Source of the DNA: Nitrososphaerota archaeon | Lineage (GTDB): Archaea > Thermoproteota > EX4484-205 > JAAOZP01 | Length of the DNA: 64,000 bases | Assembly: GCA_011605725.1 (NCBI GenBank) | Contig: JAAOZP010000012.1 | Coordinates: 74,238 to 138,237, forward strand | Direction of reading: 5' to 3' | In this document: positions 38,529 through 48,433 of the stretch, in pieces | Layout: every line of letters starts with the position of its first letter | How positions within the stretch are numbered: position 1 is the first letter of the stretch | Program-made: the position numbers and the translations under genes | Notes under the pieces: model-generated | What the model saw: only the letters and a program-made list of their open reading frames with translations | Told to the model about the DNA's origin: nothing | Databases searched by the model: none

Positions 38529-39686
38529 TTACAATGGTATTAGCAGAAGGCTTGACAAGATTATAACCAGCCCGCCGATTAAAAAAGGCAGATTTATACT
38601 AATGGAGCCGGAGTATCCAGCTAAGAGGGGTCCGATAATGTTCCCCAAGGAGCCTACAAAGTTGACTACATTGAAGTCCCTCGCCCTGGCTTCATCACTA
38701 CAATGTTTTTGAATCAAGTAGCTTCTAAGCGGGAGCCATACTGAAGCCCCGAGAGGATCATGCATAAGCCATAGTGCTGCAGACGTTGTGAAATCACTCG
38801 GCGCAGTGGCTAATGCTGTGAAAACCCCCTGTACGCATGTGAAAAGGATCAGGGATGATTTGTAAGAAAACTTTTTCAAGCCTGTGACAATCCTGCTGCT
38901 GAACAACATGGGTATTCCCAGACTAAGCCTGTGAACAGTCATCAGGATTGAAAGCGTCTCTGGAGATAGTGAGAATTTCTTTGAAAAGAACATTGGTGTG
39001 ATGAAGCAGTGCGTAGCTGAGCCTCCAATCGTTACAACAAGCCCTGAGGCAGCCAGAATAATAAGCCCCCTGTTTAAACCCTTGCCTCCAGCCTTTTCCA
39101 CAAGGGGCTTCTCAACATGCCGTACTCCTGCAGAATCCTGTTCGCTGAAGAATAAAGCGATCACTAGGAAGCCTATTACTTGAAGAAGCCCAGAAAAAAC
39201 GAAGGGAAGCCAGTAACCATAGATGCTTATTAATAGCCCGGAGGATGCGAGGCCCAATGCTTGAGAGATGAACTCGAGCCCCGATACTTTAGAGTAGGAG
39301 GCAATGAATCCCCGACGATCCTGCTCGTAGACCATGGTTGTGAAAACAGCGTTCCTGATCGCAACCGCGGAGTCGAAGAGAATCTTGACAACACCCATTA
39401 TAATCACCGATTTAAAGTAGGGTGTTAGAAGGTGGGAGAGCCCTCCGAGCAGTAGAGCTAACGCAATGAAAATTTTCCTACCGTACTTATCTGACGCAGC
39501 CCCTAGAAGGATGCTGAGGAAGGCGATGAATATTGCTGAGGCTGTGAAAACATACCCGATTTCCATAAGCGGAATGGAAACATAGTCCATGTAAAGGGGA
39601 AACAGGATTTCGTAAAGCCCGAAGGAGAAGCCGAAGAGCCATGTGGATGCGGTCAGCGCAGTCAGTCCTTTTTTTCTGCCTGACAT
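38529..39686 (-). CDS. Major facilitator superfamily (MFS) transporter
   Basis: 385 aa, ~12 hydrophobic helices; MFS signature GAASDKYGRK in loop 2-3. Confidence 0.75.
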   Translation of the reverse strand: MSGRKKGLTALTASTWLFGFSFGLYEILFPLYMDYVSIPLMEIGYVFTASAIFIAFLSILLGAASDKYGRKIFIALALLLGGLSHLLTPYFKSVIIMGVVKILFDSAVAIRNAVFTTMVYEQDRRGFIASYSKVSGLEFISQALGLASSGLLISIYGYWLPFVFSGLLQVIGFLVIALFFSEQDSAGVRHVEKPLVEKAGGKGLNRGLIILAASGLVVTIGGSATHCFITPMFFSKKFSLSPETLSILMTVHRLSLGIPMLFSSRIVTGLKKFSYKSSLILFTCVQGVFTALATAPSDFTTSAALWLMHDPLGASVWLPLRSYLIQKHCSDEARARDFNVVNFVGSLGNIIGPLLAGYSGSISINLPFLIGGLVIILSSLLLIPL

Positions 39687-39762
39687 GTGCTACGGGCCGT
39701 TCAGCAAGAGGCTTATAAGCATTGACAACAAAGTTTTTAAAAGGCTTTTAAGCAATAATAAC

Positions 39763-40311
39763 ATGGCCAAGTACAGTACGGGTGCGAAATATTTTGCTCA
39801 ACCAGGCCCAGGAAATACTGGTAAAGTGATTAAGGCGGTTGCGGAAAGAATAGAGAAAGGCGGTGTTACGCAGGTTGTTGTCGCAAGCACTTCCGGAAGG
39901 ACGGGAGTCAGGTTTGCCAAGGCTTTAAAGGGTAGAGCACAGGTTGTAGCCGTATCCCATGAGAAGATGGAGCCTAAGCTGAAGGAGAAGATAATTAGCC
40001 TGGGCGGAATAGCTGAGGACGGTACGCACCTGCCGCTCCACGGAAGGGGCATGGATAAGGTTAGGGATGCCTTCTACACGCTGGGACAAGGATTCAAAGT
40101 AGCTTTAGAAGTCGTTCTGATAGCTGCAGATAGGGGGCTTGTTAAACCCTATAGGGACGTCGTAGGCGTCGGTGGAAGTGGAGAGGGTGCTGACACAGCA
40201 GTAGTGGCGAGAGCAACCCCGACGAAGGAGGTTTTCAGCAGCGATAAGTCGAAGAGGCTTGAAGTAAGGGAAGTAATCTGCATGCCGCTGAAGAAGAAGT
40301 GGTGGGACTGA
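39763..40311 (+). CDS. Pyruvate-kinase C-terminal (alpha/beta) domain-like protein
   Basis: Start set at the internal ATG at 39763 (MAKYS...), because the longer ORF from 39643 overlaps the MFS gene; KYFAQPGPGNTGKV...VVASTSGRTG resembles standalone PK_C-domain proteins. Confidence 0.4.
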   Translation: MAKYSTGAKYFAQPGPGNTGKVIKAVAERIEKGGVTQVVVASTSGRTGVRFAKALKGRAQVVAVSHEKMEPKLKEKIISLGGIAEDGTHLPLHGRGMDKVRDAFYTLGQGFKVALEVVLIAADRGLVKPYRDVVGVGGSGEGADTAVVARATPTKEVFSSDKSKRLEVREVICMPLKKKWWD

Positions 40312-40447
40312 TCATCCTAGGAGCAGTTTAAACCGAACAGTTAAGCCGGCGTAGACCATTAGAAAGCTTCTAACAGCGTAAACTTTTAGAAATAATATTC
40401 TTGACTAAATCCATATATCCTGTTCATTAGCAGGTTTTTGTTTAGAA

Positions 40448-41122
40448 ATGGTCAGGAGGCTGCCGGACAGGTTTCTTAAATGGGCTTACTTCGACAGAGT
40501 CCGCTTCATCAAATCCATTCTGGACACCGGTAATCCGGATAAAGCGATGCTTCTCATAGAGTCGACAAGACACAACCCAGCGCTCTGCACAGCCCGGATT
40601 AAGAGCTCTGGGATAGAGTTGAACGCTAAGATAGTTGGCGCCGGCTTCGTGCCTAAGCAAAGCTTTCTTGAAGACGCAGTTAGAGAACTGAGGTCACATG
40701 TGGAGGCAGGCAGCTCAATGACGAGGGAGGACTATGCTGAAAAAGGACTGCAAATTCTGCTTAGACACGTGTACTTCGAAAGCGAGGATGAGGCGAATCG
40801 TAGAGTCGACTTTACGAAAATAGCAACCCTAGAAATAGGTGCAGGAATAGCGGGATCCTCCAGACACACATGGGAGAACGTTCAGAGTTACAGGCGAGCA
40901 GTCATGCTTTACTACATGCCTCCCAACACCAGCTTCGAGGTCAGGGGCATGCTCGACGTATTGACCGAGGGAAACTATTTTGAATTCGTCAATTTAGCCC
41001 ATGATGCATTCCATTACACACCCGTTGAGAAGAGGGTCTTCAAACCATGCTATATTTTGAATGTTGAAGAGGTTTATGATAACAGTGCTACGCAGGAGGG
41101 TTTTGGCCGTCTGCTTGAATAA
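40448..41122 (+). CDS. Hypothetical protein
   Basis: 224 aa ORF with no recognisable motif; gene-like composition. Confidence 0.35.
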   Translation: MVRRLPDRFLKWAYFDRVRFIKSILDTGNPDKAMLLIESTRHNPALCTARIKSSGIELNAKIVGAGFVPKQSFLEDAVRELRSHVEAGSSMTREDYAEKGLQILLRHVYFESEDEANRRVDFTKIATLEIGAGIAGSSRHTWENVQSYRRAVMLYYMPPNTSFEVRGMLDVLTEGNYFEFVNLAHDAFHYTPVEKRVFKPCYILNVEEVYDNSATQEGFGRLLE

Positions 41123-41237
41123 TTGTGAGCACGATGAAAGACTCCTGACGTTCTCATAATGGTTCATTAAGCCTATTCCCAATACCCTTTCTCCGCCAGC
41201 GCGCGATACATGTAAGCCGATTAAACGCATTAAGAGT

Positions 41238-42557
41238 CTATAGAAACATCTTGGCTTCAGAGTTCACTTTCCGCCAATAGAGTTCAAACAATAAGCCTGA
41301 AGGCTTAGGCTTCACTTCATTGATGAAGCCTTTTTCAAGCTCTAATGATTTTGCAAAGGCTTCCTCAGTAAGTCTCTTCAATTCCTCGACGGATGCTTCC
41401 CCTTCTAGAAATCTAGACCTTAATTCCTCGGCCTTCGAATGGAGATAAGCCTCTAAAGACTCTACTTGGCTACGTATCTTTAAGAAGTATTCTTTAAAGG
41501 AGCCCAGCATCCTCCTGCTCAACCTTTCATGAATCCACCAGACCGAGTCGGAATCGTAAAGCCTGTCTGGGACAAGTTTTAAATCCGGTAGACCAGCCTC
41601 CATGAAAACCGGCTTGTAGACGCTTATACACGGCGTCGAGGTAGCTGTAAACCAGTGTATCTGCACCTTTTCAAAAAGCTGCCCCACGTAGGAGGCTGCA
41701 GTCTGGGAAGGTCTTGTAAGCACTCCGGCATGCATACAGACATCTCTCATAGATCCTTTAGCTGGGGTAAAGTTCTCTCCTAGCCTGTGGCTTCTCATAA
41801 TGTTCTTGACGATATGCACATCGATCTCACCTGTTTTCTGCTCCAGAAGGCCCTGGGTATAGGCTTGTCTCTCCCTACCTCTTGCAAAATGCGTGTAAAA
41901 CTTGTCTGAATAGCAGTTCGAAAAGTCGAAGTCCCTATCATCCTTACACCACCCTTTTTCAACAGCATGTTCAACAACGTTTTTCGAGGCTAAGTCCCAT
42001 TTGTTTTTAATAGTTAAAGCGTTGGAAATACTTCTCACATTCTTCACTTTCTCAGCAACCCAGTATTTCCCAGCGGTCTCTAAAACCCACGCCTCGTTAG
42101 GGTCGGAGATTATGAACGAATTATGGTAATACGTCTTGCTTTTAAACCCGCAGTTACCACCCTGCCCAAATTCCTCCAAATATCTAACTATGAAAAGCAG
42201 GGCCTCATAGGAGTCCCTACATCTCTCCAAGGCTAGCCTCAGCAAATCCATTCCAGTGAGACCCTTCTCCAGCTTCTTTTCCCTTGTGAATACAGCTTCG
42301 TTTCCTATAGCCAAGCCGAATTCGTTAACACCCATTTCAGCACCCCACATCCAAACCGGCCTTGAAACAATTATGGCATTCGTCCTCTTTACTTGCGGAA
42401 CCTTTACATACGTGCAGTTTACAAATTCTTCGTCGTGCTCCATCCTAGGATAAAACTCTAAAGCCTGAGGCTCGTTAGGCTCCCTGTCACTATTCTTAGC
42501 GAAAATCGTAACCCTCTCTTTAGTTGAATTCTTAAGCGCTACTAGAGTGTCGCACAT
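41238..42557 (-). CDS. Ntn-hydrolase, C69-family-like peptidase (dipeptidase-like)
   Basis: 439 aa; N-terminus MCDTLVALKNSTKERVTIFAKNSDRE matches the Cys2-nucleophile start of C69 peptidases. Confidence 0.55.
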   Translation of the reverse strand: MCDTLVALKNSTKERVTIFAKNSDREPNEPQALEFYPRMEHDEEFVNCTYVKVPQVKRTNAIIVSRPVWMWGAEMGVNEFGLAIGNEAVFTREKKLEKGLTGMDLLRLALERCRDSYEALLFIVRYLEEFGQGGNCGFKSKTYYHNSFIISDPNEAWVLETAGKYWVAEKVKNVRSISNALTIKNKWDLASKNVVEHAVEKGWCKDDRDFDFSNCYSDKFYTHFARGRERQAYTQGLLEQKTGEIDVHIVKNIMRSHRLGENFTPAKGSMRDVCMHAGVLTRPSQTAASYVGQLFEKVQIHWFTATSTPCISVYKPVFMEAGLPDLKLVPDRLYDSDSVWWIHERLSRRMLGSFKEYFLKIRSQVESLEAYLHSKAEELRSRFLEGEASVEELKRLTEEAFAKSLELEKGFINEVKPKPSGLLFELYWRKVNSEAKMFL

Positions 42558-42646
42558 GCCTTAGTAGAGTCATTTAAAGAAAATAAACCTTTATGCTGGT
42601 TCAAGTGGAAACGTTTTAAAAATTTTAAAGAGAGTTATTAACACTA

Positions 42647-43645
42647 TCAGCGAGTTATTGAAGCCCCTAGAATTTTCGGGCATAACGGATCCGGATTGCT
42701 GAATGTTCCGTAAAGCCTGTATGATCTAGCGTAACATCCCCCTCTACAAGTCTCTCTCAGAGAACAATCTGGGCAAGGGTTATTCTCGACGATTTTCCTA
42801 AGGATTCTGCTTGAACGCAGCTCCCGCCATGCTTCTGAAAGACTCTTACTCCTAACGCTTGAGACAACAATGTCAAGAGTATCGCAGAGAAGAACCTCCC
42901 CTCCTGGACCTATATCCATGTTTTTCTCAATCCTGCACGAGTCCCATGAAACATAGTGGGATCTCACTATGAGGCTGGCGAACGGCATACACCACAGTAT
43001 GATGTTGAAACCAAGCCTATCCGCAGCCTCATCAGCCAAGCGTAGAGCTTTAACGCAAGAGTAGGCGTCAGCATTCCAATCCTTGTCCGCCGCCCTTCCG
43101 AAAGGCATTACGGGAAGCAGTACTGCAGAGGAGGCTCCAAGTTTCTCCGCCAGTTGCACAAACCCTCCGGCTTCACTGGCATTCAGGCGGGAAATCGAAA
43201 AGATAGGTGTGAAACTAACCCCCTCCTCCTTGAGAACCCTTATGTTCCGCATCAAAACATCCCACGTTCCTGGGCCGCGCACAGCCTCATGCGTATTCTT
43301 AACTGCGCCGTCAATGCTTGTGAAAACGCGGATACCCTGCGAACCTAGCCTCCTTGCCTTCTCCCGGCTTATTGCGGAAAGATTTGTGAAAAGAGAAACG
43401 TTTACACCTTCTTCCGCGGCCGCAAGTATTTCGAAAATACCCTCCCTTAAAAGAGGCTCGCCACCCGTTAAATGAAGGTTTTTAACACCCATTTCACAAG
43501 CCTCCTCAACCAGTTTTAAAACCCGGTTCTTGCTTAGTTCACCACTCCAAGAGCGGGAGGAAACATAGCAATGTTCGCATCTAAAGTTGCACCTTGCCGT
43601 AAGCAGCCATGTCACGTAATCTGGGGGGCTTGGAATCGGACTCAT
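42647..43645 (-). CDS. Radical SAM protein with C-terminal SPASM-like Cys cluster
   Basis: 332 aa; CNFRCEHCY (CxxxCxxC) near N-terminus; C-terminal CPDCSLRETCRGGC auxiliary-cluster motif. Confidence 0.8.
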   Translation of the reverse strand: MSPIPSPPDYVTWLLTARCNFRCEHCYVSSRSWSGELSKNRVLKLVEEACEMGVKNLHLTGGEPLLREGIFEILAAAEEGVNVSLFTNLSAISREKARRLGSQGIRVFTSIDGAVKNTHEAVRGPGTWDVLMRNIRVLKEEGVSFTPIFSISRLNASEAGGFVQLAEKLGASSAVLLPVMPFGRAADKDWNADAYSCVKALRLADEAADRLGFNIILWCMPFASLIVRSHYVSWDSCRIEKNMDIGPGGEVLLCDTLDIVVSSVRSKSLSEAWRELRSSRILRKIVENNPCPDCSLRETCRGGCYARSYRLYGTFSNPDPLCPKILGASITR

Positions 43646-43933
43646 GATCCCACCTGAGAATTATTGAAAGATTACTCGGATTGTTTGGAAACGGGTTATT
43701 AATACGTTTTTGTGAAAAGAATCCCACTTAATTCATATGGGAAGACTATGGGAATAACCTTATTAAGACACCCGTAGATCATCTAAGTTTAATAAGCTTA
43801 ACGTCGAAAAAGCAGCGCTGTAAAATCCCAGCCTCCAGCCCATAGCAGATGCGTACGCTCCTCTTCCGCAATGATCCATGCTCAAGTTTAATACATTTCT
43901 TGACGTGATGAAGCCTCAGGTTAATGAACCGGG

Positions 43934-44812
43934 TTGTGGCTTACGCGGAGTTTAAAACTTATATTGCTACAGAGTCTTCCGCCTTCCATGAACCTGGCTG
44001 AAGCCATAAGCCTCATCCTTGTCGCATTCGCATCTACAACGCTGCTTTCAGCCGTCGGGTTGGCGGGTGGCGTGGTAATAGTTCCAACATTGGTTCTGCT
44101 TTTCGGTCTGGAATCAAGGTATGCTTCAGGCACAGGTATTTTCGCAATAATCTTCGGAATATTTTCAGCAGCATTCACGTATTTCAGGCAGAGAAGAGTC
44201 GATGTTAAGCTGGCTCTGCTCTTCGACACGCTGGATGTGGTTGGGGTTGTGGCCGGAGCATACTTAGTCGTTGTTCTACCATCCCTGGTCACAGCCCTAC
44301 TCATGGGGTTTTTCCTACTGACTTCAGCATGGAGGCTCTGGGCGGGCAGTGTTAATCAACCTAGAAAAGTCGAGAAGAAAAGCCGGAGACCATGCATTAA
44401 GCGGCGTCTCACAGATAGGGATGGAAACATTTATGAGTATGAGCTTGGCGTACCTGAGCTCGTCCTATCCCAGCTTGCAAGCGTTTTAAGCGGCATTGCA
44501 ACAGGTCTGTTTGGAATAGGAGGGGGAGCAGTAGATACTACCGTGATGATGCTGATCGGAGTACCGCCTCACATCGCCGTTGCCACAGCAGTCTTCGGAA
44601 TGACAGTAACTAAGATTGCTGGAGTAATCTCGCATCTTGCATTAGGAAACGTTTTAATAGAATACGGTGTCCCCCTAGCAATTGGGACAACGGTAGGAGG
44701 ATTACTCGGCCCAAGGATTTCCAAGAGGCTGAGGCCCTTAGCGTTGAGAAGGGTTCTAAGCATACTTATTCTGATCATTGGTCTCAGGATGGTCGCGTTA
44801 TGGTTTGAATGA
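43934..44812 (+). CDS. TauE/SafE-family (sulfite exporter-like) membrane transporter
   Basis: Polytopic membrane protein with two repeated 4-helix halves and Gly-rich helices; probable start at the internal Met at 43988. Confidence 0.6.
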   Translation: MWLTRSLKLILLQSLPPSMNLAEAISLILVAFASTTLLSAVGLAGGVVIVPTLVLLFGLESRYASGTGIFAIIFGIFSAAFTYFRQRRVDVKLALLFDTLDVVGVVAGAYLVVVLPSLVTALLMGFFLLTSAWRLWAGSVNQPRKVEKKSRRPCIKRRLTDRDGNIYEYELGVPELVLSQLASVLSGIATGLFGIGGGAVDTTVMMLIGVPPHIAVATAVFGMTVTKIAGVISHLALGNVLIEYGVPLAIGTTVGGLLGPRISKRLRPLALRRVLSILILIIGLRMVALWFE

Positions 44813-44838
44813 GTCGAAAACTAGCGCTAACAATTGTT

Positions 44839-45903
44839 TTAAGCATCGCATTCACCATAATAATTCATGAGGCTTTCGAAAGCCGTGCAAACCGCGTCTA
44901 TGTTTTCAAGCGGAACATCTGCATGAATCTCTGAATACATCATTAATCCTCCTTTCTCAGAACCGAGCTTGACAACAGCCTCATGAATGTGGCTCCTGAT
45001 TTCCTCAGGATTGCCGAAGGGGACAAGGAGTTGACGGTCTATATCCAGGTCGATGCAAACCCTCCCCTTGATCTCCTCTCTAATATTGTCTAGCCCGTTA
45101 ACCCGGTCCTGAATATTTAAGACTGAAACACCCGCTTCCATAAGGGCATCAGCCACCTCCATTATGTGGCCGTCAGTATGCAGGTAAACCCTTATCCCTG
45201 AATCCCTGACTCTCCCGAATATTTTCCTGTATGAAGGATAGATAAACCTTCTGAACGTCTTAGGGCTTATTGGCATCCTGTCTTGAAGACCAAGATCGTC
45301 CCCGAAGGAAACCATGTCAACCCTGAGCCTGATGAATCTTTCAACAAGAGCAAGATTATACTCGGTCAACATCTCTATTAGTTTTTCAAGCTGACTAGTG
45401 TTTCTCACGAAGTCCATCATCAGGTTTTCAAATCCTCTCAGATAATAGAGCCTTTGGAAGAAGAAGCCGTGAGGCATACTTCCGACAATAACATCATCCA
45501 TTTTCCTAGCATTTTCTATTCTCTCCTCAATCGCATCCCACGGGTCTAACCCACCACCCTCCTGAACAATGCCTTTCTCCGGATCGGGTAGACTATAGTG
45601 CGCAAAGTCAGACCAATCCTTCAAAGGGTGCTTCACAACCTGACCCTGCAACCCGCTTATGTTAAACCTCCATAAGCATCCGAAGTCATCCAAAACCTCT
45701 CTACCCTTCAACCTGCTTCCGAAGTTGTTAAAGTCGACACTTCCCTTCTTGAACGTTGGGAAAAGCCTAGGATGCCTAGCGAGCAGGTCCTCAAGCTTAT
45801 CCCTATACTTGCTCCAAGTCGTTGGGAAAATTCCCACTCTACAAGGGATCCACCCGCAACCATTCATGTCTATGACTCTAAGCTTTTTCACTCTGATGCT
45901 CAA
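44839..45903 (-). CDS. URO-D family protein (uroporphyrinogen decarboxylase-like, putative methyltransferase)
   Basis: 354 aa; C-terminal half (YLHTDGHIMEV...) follows the URO-D TIM-barrel pattern. Confidence 0.5.
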   Translation of the reverse strand: MSIRVKKLRVIDMNGCGWIPCRVGIFPTTWSKYRDKLEDLLARHPRLFPTFKKGSVDFNNFGSRLKGREVLDDFGCLWRFNISGLQGQVVKHPLKDWSDFAHYSLPDPEKGIVQEGGGLDPWDAIEERIENARKMDDVIVGSMPHGFFFQRLYYLRGFENLMMDFVRNTSQLEKLIEMLTEYNLALVERFIRLRVDMVSFGDDLGLQDRMPISPKTFRRFIYPSYRKIFGRVRDSGIRVYLHTDGHIMEVADALMEAGVSVLNIQDRVNGLDNIREEIKGRVCIDLDIDRQLLVPFGNPEEIRSHIHEAVVKLGSEKGGLMMYSEIHADVPLENIDAVCTAFESLMNYYGECDA

Positions 45904-46012
45904 ATCGAAGGGTATGCTTCCCCCGCTAAGCTTTAAACATTTCTCGTTTAAAGCTGGAGCCTAAATCATAAGATTTAAAAGATTTAAGTATTATTGAGGA
46001 AAGCGAGGGAAA

Positions 46013-47122
46013 GTGTCAAGGAACCCGAATATAGGTAGACTGCTTAAAGTCCTTCTGAGAGAGGGAGAGCCGGATAGAGTACCTTTCTACGAGCATTTCG
46101 TCGATAACGAGGTTATTGAAGCCTTGACAGGTAAGCCTGTATCTAAGGCTTTAGCTGAAGAAGGCTTGAGCTCAGAGAAATACCTTAACACCTTGATTGA
46201 GTTCTATTCTAGGCTCGGGTACGACTATGTTCCGATGGAGGTTTCTCCTAAACTCCCCAGGACTAATGTTCTTCAGACGAACGATGTCGCTTATCTTTCC
46301 CGTGGGAAAAGAACCTGGCAGGATGAGAACAAGGGGACGATTGAAACAATTGAGGATTTTGAAAAATACCCCTGGCCCAGTCCAGATGAAGCACTGGATT
46401 TTTCAGTGTTTGAAAGACTGAGGAGAAAACTGCCTGAAGGCATGGGGGTTGTTGGGGGAGTCGCCGGAGGATTCTTCGAGCATGTGAGCTGGCTGATGGG
46501 CATTGGAAAACTCTGCAGGGCCGTGTACTTGGACAAGAGGCTTGTTGAAAAAATGTTCAGCAAAATCGCCATGCTAATAATTTCCCTAGACGAGAGGATA
46601 GTTAAGGAAGGGTATGTTGATGCCTTGAGGATGGGTGACGACTTAGGGTATAAGACGGGCACGTTTCTGCCGCCCAGAATCCTACGGGAATACGTTTTCC
46701 CAAACTACAGGAGGCTCGCCGACTTGGCGCATTCGAAAGGACTTCCATTTATAATTCATTCCTGCGGAAACCTGTATACTCCTGACGAAACAGGGAGAAC
46801 AGTGATGGATGATCTTGTGAACAGTGTTAGGATAGATGCTAAACATTCTTTTGAAGACAATATAATGCCAGTATACGAGGTTAAGGAGAAGTATGGGAAT
46901 AAGGTAGCGGTGCTGGGCGGTGTAGACATGAATAAGCTTGTTCAACTTCCTGAGAAAAGCCTGAGGGAGTACGTCAGGCTAATAATTAAGAAGTGCGCAC
47001 CAGGAGGCGCATATGCTTTAGGCTCTGGAAACACGATAGCCAACTATGTGCCCTTAGAAAACTATCTCGCGATGCTCGACGAAGGTTTTAGAAGCGGAGT
47101 ATATCCGATAAGGATTAGTTGA
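46013..47122 (+). CDS. URO-D family protein (uroporphyrinogen decarboxylase-like, putative methyltransferase)
   Basis: 369 aa; IIHSCGNLYTP and downstream pattern typical of URO-D/MtaA-like proteins. Confidence 0.55.
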   Translation: MSRNPNIGRLLKVLLREGEPDRVPFYEHFVDNEVIEALTGKPVSKALAEEGLSSEKYLNTLIEFYSRLGYDYVPMEVSPKLPRTNVLQTNDVAYLSRGKRTWQDENKGTIETIEDFEKYPWPSPDEALDFSVFERLRRKLPEGMGVVGGVAGGFFEHVSWLMGIGKLCRAVYLDKRLVEKMFSKIAMLIISLDERIVKEGYVDALRMGDDLGYKTGTFLPPRILREYVFPNYRRLADLAHSKGLPFIIHSCGNLYTPDETGRTVMDDLVNSVRIDAKHSFEDNIMPVYEVKEKYGNKVAVLGGVDMNKLVQLPEKSLREYVRLIIKKCAPGGAYALGSGNTIANYVPLENYLAMLDEGFRSGVYPIRIS

Positions 47123-47133
47123 GAAACAGGTTT

Positions 47134-48300
47134 TCAACACGCGTCAGGCTTAATCCTGTCTAAATGTTTGAAGCGCTCTCTCCTTATCGGATACCTTCCA
47201 ACCTTTTTAGCGTATTCAACCTCATACTTCAAGCGTTCAGGAGGCACTTTGGCATATGTCTCACCGCCATTGTCGAAAACATAGCCGCCGCCGGGTGCAG
47301 CATGAAAAATGCATTTCTCAACCTCAAGCTCAATGCTTTCAAAAGATCCGTCTACTAGAACCCTCCAGTCAGCGTTGCCGTTGAAGAACACTTTCCCCTT
47401 AAACGCTTCACTAATTGTTTTAATATTGTTCTCAACACCTACATCAGCCTCCTTTATCCTGTAAACGTTTACAAGTATGTCTGTTATGTGATCCATGTGT
47501 GAATCCATGTGTAAATACCGGTGGTTGGCGCCGTGCCGCTCGTAAAGCCGAAGGTTATAAGGCATCGCGAACTCCTCGTACATCCTCCTATTCAAGTAGC
47601 CTGAATGATCGTCAGCCAAGCCTAGGCTTCCTGGCCCCGACCCGGAAAGCTCATAATAGTATTCTTGGAGAACGTTGAAAGCCTCCTCCAGTTTTCGGAA
47701 AAGCCTATGCATTTCACTAGGATTCTCATAGAGCCACCGATATAGTTTTCCCGGGCCCAGTAGAGAGCCGGCTGCTGAAACCGGCGGATGTATCTGGAGC
47801 CGGCCTTCGACAGGAAGACCATCATAGTTTTTACGAACAAGCTCCCTGAACTTTTCAAGCTTCTCATAGTAGGCTTGAACCCCTTTGTGGCGATGCGGGT
47901 CCGGAACCTCCAGCTTATCAATATCCTCAAGAGTCTTAATGCGGGGAATTATCCATGGGCTGAGCCAAGGGTTTCTCTCATCAGGCATTTCAATCTTGCA
48001 GTCGAAAACAATGCCTTCAGATACGGCTCCAAGGTCTAGATGCACCCCTATACTTGTTAAATCATCTTCAAGCCATTTCAGCCTCCATTTCAATCCTTTC
48101 ACTTGAGCATCCAGCATTATACTCGTATCGTTATAGTATTCGGCGAAAGTATAGCCAAAAAGCATCGCGTAATATGGTCCTCCCAGCCCTATGATAACCG
48201 GAACCCTATCAGGCTCCTTAAACTGAGCAGCTTTCTCAACGCGCTTCCTATTCTCCTCCAGGAGACTCGAATACTTGGCTTTGTTGAAAGGCTCCATCAA
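47134..48300 (-). CDS. URO-D family protein (uroporphyrinogen decarboxylase-like, putative methyltransferase)
   Basis: 388 aa; C-terminal LHMDSHMDHITD...AAPGGGYVFDNG pattern typical of the family. Confidence 0.5.
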   Translation of the reverse strand: MMEPFNKAKYSSLLEENRKRVEKAAQFKEPDRVPVIIGLGGPYYAMLFGYTFAEYYNDTSIMLDAQVKGLKWRLKWLEDDLTSIGVHLDLGAVSEGIVFDCKIEMPDERNPWLSPWIIPRIKTLEDIDKLEVPDPHRHKGVQAYYEKLEKFRELVRKNYDGLPVEGRLQIHPPVSAAGSLLGPGKLYRWLYENPSEMHRLFRKLEEAFNVLQEYYYELSGSGPGSLGLADDHSGYLNRRMYEEFAMPYNLRLYERHGANHRYLHMDSHMDHITDILVNVYRIKEADVGVENNIKTISEAFKGKVFFNGNADWRVLVDGSFESIELEVEKCIFHAAPGGGYVFDNGGETYAKVPPERLKYEVEYAKKVGRYPIRRERFKHLDRIKPDAC

Positions 48301-48433
48301 TGATGTTGAATAAAGCGTCTTTTTAAAATTTAGCTGTTGAAGGAAAACATACTGGGAATGCGGTAGGCTTGTTTCTCAGTCGCGGCGATGCTCTTAAATA
48401 CGTCTGGAGGCGAGTGGGAACCGTGACAGGCTG

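Noticed and set aside
39643-39762. N-terminal 40-codon extension of the PK_C-like ORF
   Set aside because: Would overlap the 5' end of the divergent MFS gene; the internal ATG at 39763 gives a conventional start.
43921-44304. 127 aa minus-strand ORF
   Set aside because: Overlaps the TauE/SafE-like membrane gene on the opposite strand; Thr/Ser/Ala-rich shadow of hydrophobic helices.
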